A stretch of 64,000 nucleotides of DNA from Dehalococcoidia bacterium (lineage in GTDB: Bacteria; Chloroflexota; Dehalococcoidia; Lucifugimonadales; UBA3495), in the NCBI GenBank assembly GCA_963665735.1, contig OY762444.1, positions 1,068,231 to 1,132,230 on the forward strand. The letters run 5' to 3'. The position numbers and the translations under genes are program-made. This document shows, in pieces, positions 44,872 to 53,659 of the stretch. The number at the start of each line of letters is the position of its first letter. Position 1 is the stretch's first letter. The notes beneath the pieces are model-generated. The model was not told the DNA's origin. It saw only the letters and a program-made list of their open reading frames with translations, and ran no database searches.

Positions 44872-44927
44872 TTGAAAGGCGGTTTCGACCCCAACCCGGG
44901 ACGCCGGCAATTGAACACCGGAGAAGC

Positions 44928-45215
44928 ATGACGAAAGTAATCAGGGTATCCGACCAGACTTGGGACAGAATAACAAAGACGGTGGGTGAAGACGGCACCG
45001 CCGACGAAAGGATCAGCCGCCTGCTGGACCTGGCGGGCCGGCCGCCCGCGCCCCAATTCGACTACCGCAAAGACCTGCTGTCCCAGAGGTATGCCCTCCA
45101 GGACATGATCAACCGGTGCCCCGAGGAAGCGGTCATCGACCGGGGCAGCCTGCAGTACGCGCTGCAAAAGGTCAACGAGAAAATCGCCCGGCTGGACCGG
45201 GAATCATGCCCCTGA
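44928..45215 (+). CDS. Hypothetical protein
   Basis: Internal ATG. 95 aa. Confidence 0.5.
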   Translation: MTKVIRVSDQTWDRITKTVGEDGTADERISRLLDLAGRPPAPQFDYRKDLLSQRYALQDMINRCPEEAVIDRGSLQYALQKVNEKIARLDRESCP

Positions 45216-45586
45216 CCCCCTACCCCTGCCCCCGGTGCGACCGCCGGTTCGAGAGCCGCCGGGGCCTGGACCAGCACATCCGGCAGGGCCACCACGCCTG
45301 CCCCGACTGCCGGCCAGAGGCCGAGCGCTGCCCCCACCACGACCAGGACCCGTACACCGAGTACCTGAAGGTGTACTACCACCAAAGGAACCGGAGACCC
45401 GTAACCCTGGAAGAAGCCAGGGTGAACGAAAAGGGGTGGATCATCGGCTGGATCGTCAACGGCAGGACCGCCGACCCCACCTACGATATTCTCATCATCG
45501 ACCCGGGTTTGGTGAAGAAGACCGAGACTTGGGTTCTGAACCTGTTCTTCGGCGACCTGGAGAAGAAGAACGAATCGCAGAAATGA
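45206..45586 (+). CDS. Small protein with an N-terminal C2H2-type zinc finger
   Basis: YPCPRCDRRFESRRGLDQHIRQGH (C-x2-C-x12-H-x4-H). Overlaps the upstream gene end. Confidence 0.6.
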   Translation: MPLTPYPCPRCDRRFESRRGLDQHIRQGHHACPDCRPEAERCPHHDQDPYTEYLKVYYHQRNRRPVTLEEARVNEKGWIIGWIVNGRTADPTYDILIIDPGLVKKTETWVLNLFFGDLEKKNESQK

Positions 45587-45876
45587 ACCGGGGAACTTCC
45601 GGCATCGCTCCACATCCACCCCCTCCACACCCACACACCGAACCCTATCACACCGTCATTCCACCGGCCCGGTTCACCACCAAGGGAAACGCCGCGCCGG
45701 CGGGCGAAGGCGGGAAGAATCTCCCGCGGCGAGACGAACCTGCTAATCCGGGGCAGGGACCGATTTTCCTAAACTTTCCTTAACTGACACCGCCTCTATT
45801 GGGGCCGCCCCCTTGCGGTGAAGAAGACGGGGCCGGCCCATGAGGCCCCGCGCCGAAAGGAGAGGAAACCCCGCCC

Positions 45877-47253
45877 ATGCTCACCATATCCACCACCCAC
45901 CAGCCCGCCACCGACCTGGGATACCTGCTGCACAAGCACCCCGACCGAGTCCAGGAGTTCCCCCTGGCCTTCGGCAAGGCCCGGGTCCACTACCCCCAGG
46001 CCTCCGAGGAAAGCTGCCAGGCCGTCCTCACCCTGGACGTCGACCCGGTGCGTCTCACCCCCAAGGGCAACCGGGACGCCCCCTCCCACCTGCTCCAGGA
46101 CTACGTCAACGACCGCCCCTACGTCGCCGCCAGCCACCTGGCCGTGGCCCTGAACAACGTCTACCGCACCGCCATGACCGGCCGCTGCGACGCCAAGCCG
46201 GAACTGGCCAACACCCCCATCCCGCTGCGAGCGGAGATAAAGTCCCTGCCGGCCCGCCGCGGGGAAGAAATACCCCGCCGCATCCTGGAACCCCTGGGAT
46301 ACCAGGTGGAGATGGAACCCCTGCCCCTGGACCCGGATTTCCCCATGTGGGGCGACGCCGGGATTCACAACCTGGTCGTGGAATCGAAGTCCCACACCCT
46401 GGCCGAGCTGCTCCGTCACCTCTACGTCCTGCTCCCCGTACTGGACAACAAGAAGCACTACTGGATCGGCAGGGACGAGATGGAGAAGCTGGAACGCCAC
46501 GGGGAGGGCTGGCTGGACCAACACCCGGAACGGGAGATGATCAGCAAACGCTACCTGGGATTCCGGGACAGTCTCACCAGGGAGTTCCTGGCCCGGCACC
46601 CCGGGGACGAAGAGACCCCCGCCGACGAAGAGACCTTGGAAGATGGAACCGTCGGCGAGAAGCGGGAATCCCTGCACCAGCTGAGAATCCGGGCCATCAT
46701 TGAACAATTGAAACGCGCCGGCGCCCACAGCGTCCTGGACCTGGGCTGCGGCGAGGGACGGCTCATCGAGGCCCTGCTGAAAGAGGACGCGTTCCGGAAA
46801 ATCACCGGCCTGGAGGTCTCCCAGGGAACCATCGGACGCGCTCACCGGAGAATCGGCAAGGAGGAACGGGTGACCCTGCTCCACGGCTCCCTGCTGTTCC
46901 CCGACCCCCGGCTGGATGGCCACGACGCCGCCGTTCTGATGGAGGTGGTCGAGCACGTGGACCCAGAGAAGCTGGACCTGGTGGAAATGAACGTATTCGG
47001 GCAGGCCAAACCCCGCGCCGTCATCGCCACCACCCCCAACCGGGAGTGGAACGCCGTCATACCCAACATGGAGACCCGGTTCCGCCACCGGGACCACCGC
47101 TTCGAGTGGGACCGGGAGGAGTTCCGGGAATGGGCCGAAGGAGTCGCCGCAAGGAACGGCTACGCGGCGGAAATCCTGCCGGTGGGCGAGGAGGACCCGG
47201 AACACGGGCCGCCGACGCAAATGGCGGTATTCACGAAAAAGGAGACCGCATGA
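45877..47253 (+). CDS. hen1: Bacterial Hen1 RNA 3'-terminal 2'-O-methyltransferase
   Basis: 458 aa. N-terminus MLTISTTHQPATDLGYLLHKHPDR is typical of bacterial Hen1. SAM motif VLDLGCGEGRLI. C-terminal HRDHRFEWDREEFREW. Confidence 0.88.
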   Translation: MLTISTTHQPATDLGYLLHKHPDRVQEFPLAFGKARVHYPQASEESCQAVLTLDVDPVRLTPKGNRDAPSHLLQDYVNDRPYVAASHLAVALNNVYRTAMTGRCDAKPELANTPIPLRAEIKSLPARRGEEIPRRILEPLGYQVEMEPLPLDPDFPMWGDAGIHNLVVESKSHTLAELLRHLYVLLPVLDNKKHYWIGRDEMEKLERHGEGWLDQHPEREMISKRYLGFRDSLTREFLARHPGDEETPADEETLEDGTVGEKRESLHQLRIRAIIEQLKRAGAHSVLDLGCGEGRLIEALLKEDAFRKITGLEVSQGTIGRAHRRIGKEERVTLLHGSLLFPDPRLDGHDAAVLMEVVEHVDPEKLDLVEMNVFGQAKPRAVIATTPNREWNAVIPNMETRFRHRDHRFEWDREEFREWAEGVAARNGYAAEILPVGEEDPEHGPPTQMAVFTKKETA

Positions 47254-47645
47254 CTCAACGGACGGAAGGCAACGCGGTGATAACACGGCACCTGAACCTG
47301 CTCCTGTCCCGGTTGGCCAAGGCCCGGTCCAACCTGATGGAATCGGCGGAGCGGTACAGCCCCAACAACGTGGAGCTTCACTGCCGGCACTTCGATCCCT
47401 GGCTCTTTTCCAAGGAGTTCGAGCAATGGGCCGAAATACACCGGAAGCCCCGGGAAGAATTCAACCGGACGAATCTCTACAACGCCCTGGCATGGGTCAG
47501 GATGAAGACCGGAATGGACACCGAGATGCCGACCCCGGGCGGAATGGCATTGGCCGCCATGTACTGCAACGACCCCACCGACCTGTACGTCGACCCCATC
47601 AGGGCATTGACCCTGGACCTATGCGAAGAATCCGGCAACCGGTAA
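47250..47645 (+). CDS. Hypothetical protein translationally coupled to hen1
   Basis: ATGA overlap with the hen1 stop. 131 aa. No motif recognised. Confidence 0.6.
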   Translation: MTQRTEGNAVITRHLNLLLSRLAKARSNLMESAERYSPNNVELHCRHFDPWLFSKEFEQWAEIHRKPREEFNRTNLYNALAWVRMKTGMDTEMPTPGGMALAAMYCNDPTDLYVDPIRALTLDLCEESGNR

Positions 47646-47667
47646 CTCTCAATCCAAAGAGAACAGA

Positions 47668-50217
47668 GTGAAAGAAAACATGGAAATACGAATCCCCGAA
47701 TTCTGCCTGGCGCTGATGATGGGACCCACCGGGGCCGGCAAGAGCCACTTCGCCCAAAAGTGGTTCAACACCACCGAGATTCTCTCCTCGGACAACTGCC
47801 GCGCCCTGGTCTCCGACGACCCCGCCAACCGGGAGTGCAGCGACGACGCCTTCGCCGTCCTCCACGCCGTCCTGGACAAGCGTCTGAAGCGCCGCCGCCT
47901 CACCCTGGTGGACGCCACCAACCTCAGGCAGGAGGACCGGAAGACCCTCCAGGAAATCGCCCGCGAACACGACTGCCAGTCGGTCATCTTCGCCATCGAC
48001 ACCCCCGTAAAAGTCTGCCTGGAACGGAACGCCGCCCGGGAGGGCAGGAAATCCCCGGAACGGGTGGTCCAGGCCCACTGCCGCCGGATGAGGATGTCCC
48101 TCCGGGACACCAAAAAGGAACGGTCCCGGGTGTACCAGCTGAAACCCCAGGAGGCCAAAGACGCCGTCATCCGGCGGGTGAAGATGCGGATCGACCTCCG
48201 GGATCAGCCCGGCCCCTTCGACCTCATCGGCGACGTCCACGGCTGCCAAGAGGAACTCGTGCAACTCCTGGACAAGCTGGGCTACCGGGACGCGGACGGA
48301 ACCTTCATCCACCCGGAGGAGCGACGCGCCGTGTTCCTGGGCGACCTGGTGGACCGGGGCCCGGCCAGCGACCAAGTCCTGGAGACCGCCATGAACATGG
48401 TGGAAGCCGGCTCCGCCCTGGCCGTCATGGGCAACCACGACGACAAGCTGGAACGCAAGCTCAAGGGCAACCCGGTGGAGGTCAGCCACGGGCTGGGACG
48501 GACCCTGGAACAGCTGGACAAGAGGGACGAAGAATTCAAAGAGAGGGTGAAGAAATTCCTGCACCGGCTGCCCGAACAGTACCTCCTGGACGAGGGACGG
48601 CTGGCGGTGGCCCACGCCGGCATCCTGGAGAAGTACCAAGGCCGGACCAGCCGACGGGTGCGGGACTTCTGCCTCTACGGGCAGACCACCGGCGAGAGCG
48701 ACGAGTACGGCCTGCCGGTGCGCCAGGACTGGGCCCGGGAATACACCGGCGAGACCCTGGTGGCCTACGGCCACGTCGCCGTGGACGAGGCCCGCTGGGT
48801 GGGCAACACCATCTGCCTGGACACCGGCTGCGTCTTCGGCGGCAGCCTCACCGCCCTGCGCTACCCCGAAAGGGAACTGGTCTCCGTGCCGGCCCGGGAG
48901 ACTTACTACGAAGGCATCAAGCCCTGGGAGAAGACGGCGGAGGAGGCCCGGGAGCGGGCGACGGAACGATTCGAGCCGGGCCACATCCCCCTGGCCGGGA
49001 TAACCGGCGACCTGAAGATAGACACCGCCACCCACGGCCCGGTGGAAGTTCCCGCCAACCGGGTCAACCACGCGTTGGAACCCATGAGCCGGTACGCGGT
49101 GGACCCCAGGTGGCTCATCTACCTGCCCCCCACCATATCTCCCACCCAGACTTCCCGGTTGCCTGGAATGATGGAACATCCCGACGAGGCCTTCCACCAG
49201 TACCGGGAAGACGGCGTGGCCAAGGTGATCTGCCAGGAGAAACACATGGGTTCCCGGGGCATCGTCATCGTGGGCCGCAGCCCGGAGGTCATCCGGGAGA
49301 AGTTCGGAGTGGATTCTCCCGCCGGGGGCGTATGCTACACCCGCACCGGACGCCGGTTTTTCCCGCCGGAGTTGGAAAAGAAATTCCTGGACCGCACCCG
49401 CCAAGCCCTGTATGCCGCCGGGCTGTGGGATGAGCTCGACACCGGTTGGATGTTGCTGGACTGCGAGATCATGCCCTGGAGCCTGAAGGCCCGGGGGCTG
49501 CTGCAGCAGACCTACGCGCCGGTGGCCGCCGCGGCGCTGAACACCCTGGAAGCCGCCCGGGAATCCCTGGAGCAGGCCCAAGCCCGGGGCATGGACGTGG
49601 AGTCCGCCCTGGAGGACAACGGGAAACGGCTGGATGCGGTGCGGGGATACCGGCAGGCCTACCGCGAGTACTGCTGGGAAACTTCCGAAGAACTTGAAGG
49701 CGTCAGGGTGGCGCCCTTCATGGCCCTGGCCGGGGAGCAGGGAGTCAACCACCGGGACCACCTCTGGCAGATGAGCGTGGGGAGCCGGCTGGCCCGCGTG
49801 GACCCCAAGCTGTTCCAGGCCACCTGCCACGTGGTTGTGGAGACGGGGAACGAGGCCCAGGAAATGGCCGCCCTGGAATGGTGGCAGGAGATCACCTGCC
49901 GGGGCGGTGAGGGAATGGTGGTCAAACCGTTGGAACTCCTGCCCCGGGGCAGCCGGGACCGGATACAGCCGGCGGTGAAGGTCCGGGGCAAGGAGTACCT
50001 GCGGCTGATCTACGGCCCCGAGTACGACCTGCCCGGCAACCTGGAGCGTATGCGGGGCCGGAACCTGCGGGCGCGGCGGGAGAACGCCGTGAAGGAGTTC
50101 GCCCTGGGACTGGAGGGAATCCGGCGGTTCACCGCTGGGGAGTCTCCCGCCCGGGTGTACCAGTGCGCCATGGGAGTGGCCGGGCTGGAATCGGAACCCG
50201 GCGACCCCCGGCTGTAG
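47668..50217 (+). CDS. pnkp: Polynucleotide kinase-phosphatase with a C-terminal ligase domain (Pnkp)
   Basis: 849 aa. Kinase P-loop GPTGAGKSHF. Metallophosphatase motifs GDVHGC, GDLVDRGP and GNHD. Ligase-type lysine motif QEKHMGSRG. Confidence 0.9.
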   Translation: MKENMEIRIPEFCLALMMGPTGAGKSHFAQKWFNTTEILSSDNCRALVSDDPANRECSDDAFAVLHAVLDKRLKRRRLTLVDATNLRQEDRKTLQEIAREHDCQSVIFAIDTPVKVCLERNAAREGRKSPERVVQAHCRRMRMSLRDTKKERSRVYQLKPQEAKDAVIRRVKMRIDLRDQPGPFDLIGDVHGCQEELVQLLDKLGYRDADGTFIHPEERRAVFLGDLVDRGPASDQVLETAMNMVEAGSALAVMGNHDDKLERKLKGNPVEVSHGLGRTLEQLDKRDEEFKERVKKFLHRLPEQYLLDEGRLAVAHAGILEKYQGRTSRRVRDFCLYGQTTGESDEYGLPVRQDWAREYTGETLVAYGHVAVDEARWVGNTICLDTGCVFGGSLTALRYPERELVSVPARETYYEGIKPWEKTAEEARERATERFEPGHIPLAGITGDLKIDTATHGPVEVPANRVNHALEPMSRYAVDPRWLIYLPPTISPTQTSRLPGMMEHPDEAFHQYREDGVAKVICQEKHMGSRGIVIVGRSPEVIREKFGVDSPAGGVCYTRTGRRFFPPELEKKFLDRTRQALYAAGLWDELDTGWMLLDCEIMPWSLKARGLLQQTYAPVAAAALNTLEAARESLEQAQARGMDVESALEDNGKRLDAVRGYRQAYREYCWETSEELEGVRVAPFMALAGEQGVNHRDHLWQMSVGSRLARVDPKLFQATCHVVVETGNEAQEMAALEWWQEITCRGGEGMVVKPLELLPRGSRDRIQPAVKVRGKEYLRLIYGPEYDLPGNLERMRGRNLRARRENAVKEFALGLEGIRRFTAGESPARVYQCAMGVAGLESEPGDPRL

Positions 50218-50242
50218 AAACAGGCCCCACGCCCCGTCCCGG

Positions 50243-50277
50243 TGGATAGTGGCTAGTGGCCAGTAATTGGTGACCCA
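50243..50277. repeat. Heptanucleotide tandem repeat, locus d
   Basis: TGGATAG TGGCTAG TGGCCAG TAATTGG TGACCCA, 26 nt after the pnkp stop. Confidence 0.6.
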
Positions 50278-50320
50278 TCCCCAACTATCCGATACCCACC
50301 ATCCACCCAGGAGGAAGGGA

Positions 50321-50698
50321 ATGACCAGCATCCACCAACTGACGAAGAATCTCCGGGACAAAACCGACGAGGAAGTTCTGGAGGGAATCGCCGACATCAT
50401 CGAAGCCGACCCCACCCGGTGGACCCAGGGCGTCAATTTCATGATGGAGGACGGAACGTGCCTCACCAACCCCAACCTGGCCCACTCCGCCTGCGCCGTG
50501 GGGTTCATCGACGCGGTATACCCCATCGAAATCCACTGGGAACGGAACTGGAACCTGGTCTCGATGATGCAGGAGAACATACCCAAAAAATACGGGACCC
50601 CCGGGACCCGGTACAACCTGACCAAGTACAACGACACCCGCCGTGACGCAGCGGAGGTCATCGCCTGGTTCCGCAGGGCCGCAGCCCAGGCCGGATGA
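50321..50698 (+). CDS. Paralogue family P member 1 (CA-x-G / YND motif family)
   Basis: Internal ATG after GGAGGAAGGG. Motifs EEVLEGIADIIEADPTRW, AHSACAVGF and TKYNDTRRDAAEVIAWFRRAA. Confidence 0.7.
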   Translation: MTSIHQLTKNLRDKTDEEVLEGIADIIEADPTRWTQGVNFMMEDGTCLTNPNLAHSACAVGFIDAVYPIEIHWERNWNLVSMMQENIPKKYGTPGTRYNLTKYNDTRRDAAEVIAWFRRAAAQAG

Positions 50699-51153
50699 CC
50701 GGCAACAGGGAGAGAACAATGGAAACGGAGAGCATATCGGGACTCACCCGGAACCTGCCCGGCAAGCCCGGCGCGGAGATACTGGCAGGAATCGCCGACA
50801 TCATCGAGTCCAACCCCCGGAGGTGGACCACCGGCAATCTTTTCAGGGAGAAGCGCGGAGCCGCCACCGACAACCCGGAACTGGCCCACCAGGCCTGCGC
50901 CGTCGGGTTCACCGACGCGGTGTACGACAACCAAATCCACGGCGATGAGAACCGGGAACTGGCCCGGCATCTCCTGAGCGCAGTTCCAACGGAATCGCCG
51001 GACCGGGTCCGGCAATACCCCTGGAAACAGGTCCGGCACCTGGTAACCCGCTACAACGATTCCCTGGAAAACGCCGGGCAGGCCGTTGAATGGTTCCGGC
51101 GAGCCGCAGAAACGGCCCGGAACCGGGAACAGGCGACCGGCAGCCGTGGATAG
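50695..51153 (+). CDS. Paralogue family P member 2
   Basis: ATGA overlap with the upstream stop. Motifs AEILAGIADIIESNPRRW, AHQACAVGF and TRYNDSLENAGQAVEWFRRAA. Confidence 0.7.
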   Translation: MTGNRERTMETESISGLTRNLPGKPGAEILAGIADIIESNPRRWTTGNLFREKRGAATDNPELAHQACAVGFTDAVYDNQIHGDENRELARHLLSAVPTESPDRVRQYPWKQVRHLVTRYNDSLENAGQAVEWFRRAAETARNREQATGSRG

Positions 51154-51182
51154 GACGAAACCCCGGGATCAGGAGGCAGACA

Positions 51183-51599
51183 ATGACCGGCAGGAACATC
51201 CGTGAACTGGCCGCTACCCTCAGGGGAAAACCCGACGCCGACGTACTGGAGGGAATCGCCGCCATCATCGAGGACGATCCCGACAGGTGGGGAAGGGGGT
51301 TCGTGTTCAAGTCCGAGGAAGGCGAGTCCACCTACGACGCGAGCCGGGCCCATTCAGCCTGCGCCGTCGGGTTCGCCGACCTGGTATACCCCCCGGACGT
51401 CTTACCGGAGGAAAACCGGGAGTTGACCGGCAGGCTGCTGGAACCCATAGCGCCGAAACAAGAAGGACGTCAGTCCCGCTACAGCGCGATCAAGTACAAC
51501 GATACCCGACGGGACGTGGCGGAGATCATCGCCTGGTTCCGAAAAGCGGCGGAAATAGCCCGGCAGGAACAAACGGAACCCCCGGATGGGACTTGGTGA
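51183..51599 (+). CDS. Paralogue family P member 3
   Basis: Motifs ADVLEGIAAIIEDDPDRW, AHSACAVGF and IKYNDTRRDVAEIIAWFRKAA. Confidence 0.7.
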   Translation: MTGRNIRELAATLRGKPDADVLEGIAAIIEDDPDRWGRGFVFKSEEGESTYDASRAHSACAVGFADLVYPPDVLPEENRELTGRLLEPIAPKQEGRQSRYSAIKYNDTRRDVAEIIAWFRKAAEIARQEQTEPPDGTW

Positions 51600-51832
51600 A
51601 GACCCCCCTGTACCACGTCTGGGCGCTGCTGGACCACGACACCCTGAAACGGCTGGCCAGCCGGCCCCACGACCCGACCCCGGCGGCGTGGACGTCGCGG
51701 TCGTCGGCCCGCAGTTGGGCCGAGAAAAGGCTGGCCCTGACCGGCTATAAGATCCTGCGCTGCAACCACCGGGACTGCGCCATCTGCCAGGCCGCCGCAG
51801 AAGCCTGGAACATCGATGTCAGTGAAAGGTAG
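51596..51832 (+). CDS. Hypothetical small protein
   Basis: GTGA overlap with the upstream stop. 78 aa. Confidence 0.45.
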   Translation: MKTPLYHVWALLDHDTLKRLASRPHDPTPAAWTSRSSARSWAEKRLALTGYKILRCNHRDCAICQAAAEAWNIDVSER

Positions 51833-51841
51833 CCGGCGACC

Positions 51842-52045
51842 GTGGAGAATGTCCGAATGCCAGCAGGAACTCACAGCAAAGCCGAATGCCCCGCCTGTGG
51901 ACGGGAGATAGCCTACAAGTCCAAGTATTCCGTCCAGATCCGAGAACACCAGCCGCCCAAGGGTAAGCCGCTCAACGAACGGGGGACCTGTCCCGGCTCT
52001 TCCCGCAAGATTTACGCGCACATGAGGAGGCGCGAGCATACTTGA
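51842..52045 (+). CDS. Small zinc-ribbon protein
   Basis: 67 aa. Contains CPACG...CPGS. Confidence 0.45.
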   Translation: MENVRMPAGTHSKAECPACGREIAYKSKYSVQIREHQPPKGKPLNERGTCPGSSRKIYAHMRRREHT

Positions 52046-52080
52046 AACGACCGCCCGGGATTGAAAGGCTTTCCGCCCAC

Positions 52081-52115
52081 CCAGGTACCAGTCACCGGCC
52101 ACCGTCCACCGAACA
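52081..52115. repeat. Heptanucleotide tandem repeat, locus e (divergent unit)
   Basis: CCAGGTA CCAGTCA CCGGCCA CCGTCCA CCGAACA, directly upstream of the 52128 gene. Confidence 0.45.
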
Positions 52116-52127
52116 CCGGAGGAGAGA

Positions 52128-52706
52128 ATGGGATCCCGCGCCCACATCGGAAAGATACACCCCGACGGCCAAGTGGAGTACGTCTACCTGGGCCACGGCT
52201 GCTACCCCGATGACGCCGGCATCATCCTGCTGGAGAACTACCGGGAAGAAGAACAAGCCGATGCCCTGATCCGGGGAGGCTCCATCGTCAACCTGGGGCC
52301 CGACGAGAAACGCACCGGACGCTACCACCTGACCCACTGGGACGACTGGGAAGATTCCGCCCCCGTCGTCATGCAGGGAGGCAGCGAGGCCTTCTTCGGA
52401 ACCCTGAACATCCCCGGCCCCGAGTGGCTCTACGCCTGGACTCCCGACGGCTGGCTGACCGCGCCGGCGGACTGCCACCCCCCGGACGGCTGGTGGAAGA
52501 ACCTGGCCGTCATGTCCCCCCAGGAGTACCAGGACTGGTTCGACCACAACCAACAGCCGGAATGGGTGGAGTGGCGGGAACGGGCCCGGGAAAAACAGCG
52601 GCCCCGGCCGTTGATCCACGTCATCACTCAGTACGTCCGGGAGAAGGCGAAACGGAAGCTCCGGAAGGAAAAAACCCAGACGGCGCTCGACGTCATCGGC
52701 TGGTGA
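52128..52706 (+). CDS. Hypothetical protein
   Basis: 192-aa ORF after GGAGGAGAG. Confidence 0.65.
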   Translation: MGSRAHIGKIHPDGQVEYVYLGHGCYPDDAGIILLENYREEEQADALIRGGSIVNLGPDEKRTGRYHLTHWDDWEDSAPVVMQGGSEAFFGTLNIPGPEWLYAWTPDGWLTAPADCHPPDGWWKNLAVMSPQEYQDWFDHNQQPEWVEWRERAREKQRPRPLIHVITQYVREKAKRKLRKEKTQTALDVIGW

Positions 52707-52733
52707 GCCCGGCACAGGAAAGGAGCAACCCGG

Positions 52734-52928
52734 ATGAAAGTAAGAGAGTTGAAAGAAGTCCTGGACGACTTCGACCCCGAAATGGAAGTCGCCGTCGGGG
52801 TCAGGGAAGGCGGCAGGGAAGTCCCCTACGGCTTCAGCGAGGATGACATCTACGAGTTGGATTTTGCCTGGGACGGCGAACGGGAACGCCTGCTGGCCAT
52901 AGCGTGCCCCGACCTCATGTCCCACTGA
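52734..52928 (+). CDS. Hypothetical small protein
   Basis: 64-aa ORF after AGGAGC. Confidence 0.5.
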   Translation: MKVRELKEVLDDFDPEMEVAVGVREGGREVPYGFSEDDIYELDFAWDGERERLLAIACPDLMSH

Positions 52929-52948
52929 CAATTCACGGAGAAAGGAAC

Positions 52949-53647
52949 ATGACCACCTACCCCAGCCTAGATGCCTACTACCGGGAGAATCCCGGGGGAA
53001 GACAAAACAGCCCCGAGGCCGACTACGGCGTCCACTGGACCATGCCCGGGGAGAGGACCCGCCAACGGGTCTCCTACGTGATGAACACCGGCGAGATCTA
53101 CGCCGCCAGTCCCAACGGACCGGTGACCGTCCTGGCGACCTTTCCCCCCGACCCCGGCGCGGGGCCCATGGATGTATGGTACAAGAACCTGGACCGCCAC
53201 CTGGACGGCTGGGCCAGCCGCTGCGCCCGGCCCGGCGGGATGAACTGGCTGATTCAAAGGCTGAACGAGAGTCCCGGAGAAATTGAAGTCTCCCACCTCT
53301 TCGGGAACGCCGGCCCCAACGGCCATGAGACGGCCCTCTGCGGAGCCAGGGACGGCCGGCAGTACCTGGCCAGGGAACTGGAGGAGAGCCGGAAGCGAAG
53401 AATATCCTGCGAACGGTGCACGGAACTGGACGCGGAGAACCATCACCAGAACTGGGAATTCGAGTACCGGGCGATCACCCGCGAGGACGATGAATTCCTG
53501 GTCTGCCGGTTCTGCGGGAAATTGGAACGGGACCACGACCCCGGCGGCTGGCTGGGAACGCCCCGCGACCCGGGAATCGCCGCCACCTGGACCTGCCGGG
53601 AGTGCGGGCTCCGGGGATACGACCCGGTCACCCTGATGCGGGTATAG
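52949..53647 (+). CDS. Hypothetical protein with CxxC pairs
   Basis: Internal ATG after GGAGAAAGG. Contains CERC...CRFCG...CRECG. Confidence 0.6.
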   Translation: MTTYPSLDAYYRENPGGRQNSPEADYGVHWTMPGERTRQRVSYVMNTGEIYAASPNGPVTVLATFPPDPGAGPMDVWYKNLDRHLDGWASRCARPGGMNWLIQRLNESPGEIEVSHLFGNAGPNGHETALCGARDGRQYLARELEESRKRRISCERCTELDAENHHQNWEFEYRAITREDDEFLVCRFCGKLERDHDPGGWLGTPRDPGIAATWTCRECGLRGYDPVTLMRV

Positions 53648-53659
53648 GAGAGAAAGCCG

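Noticed and set aside
47599-51039. A 1146-aa minus-strand ORF, and similar long antisense ORFs (for example 45796-47286, 38856-40442, 17297-18529, 29801-30772, 36137-37093).
   Set aside because: Each lies antisense to a + strand gene with clear enzyme motifs (Pnkp, Hen1, Rsr and others). Their translations are low-complexity and rich in Gly, Pro, Arg and Val. They are typical stop-poor shadow frames of high-GC DNA.
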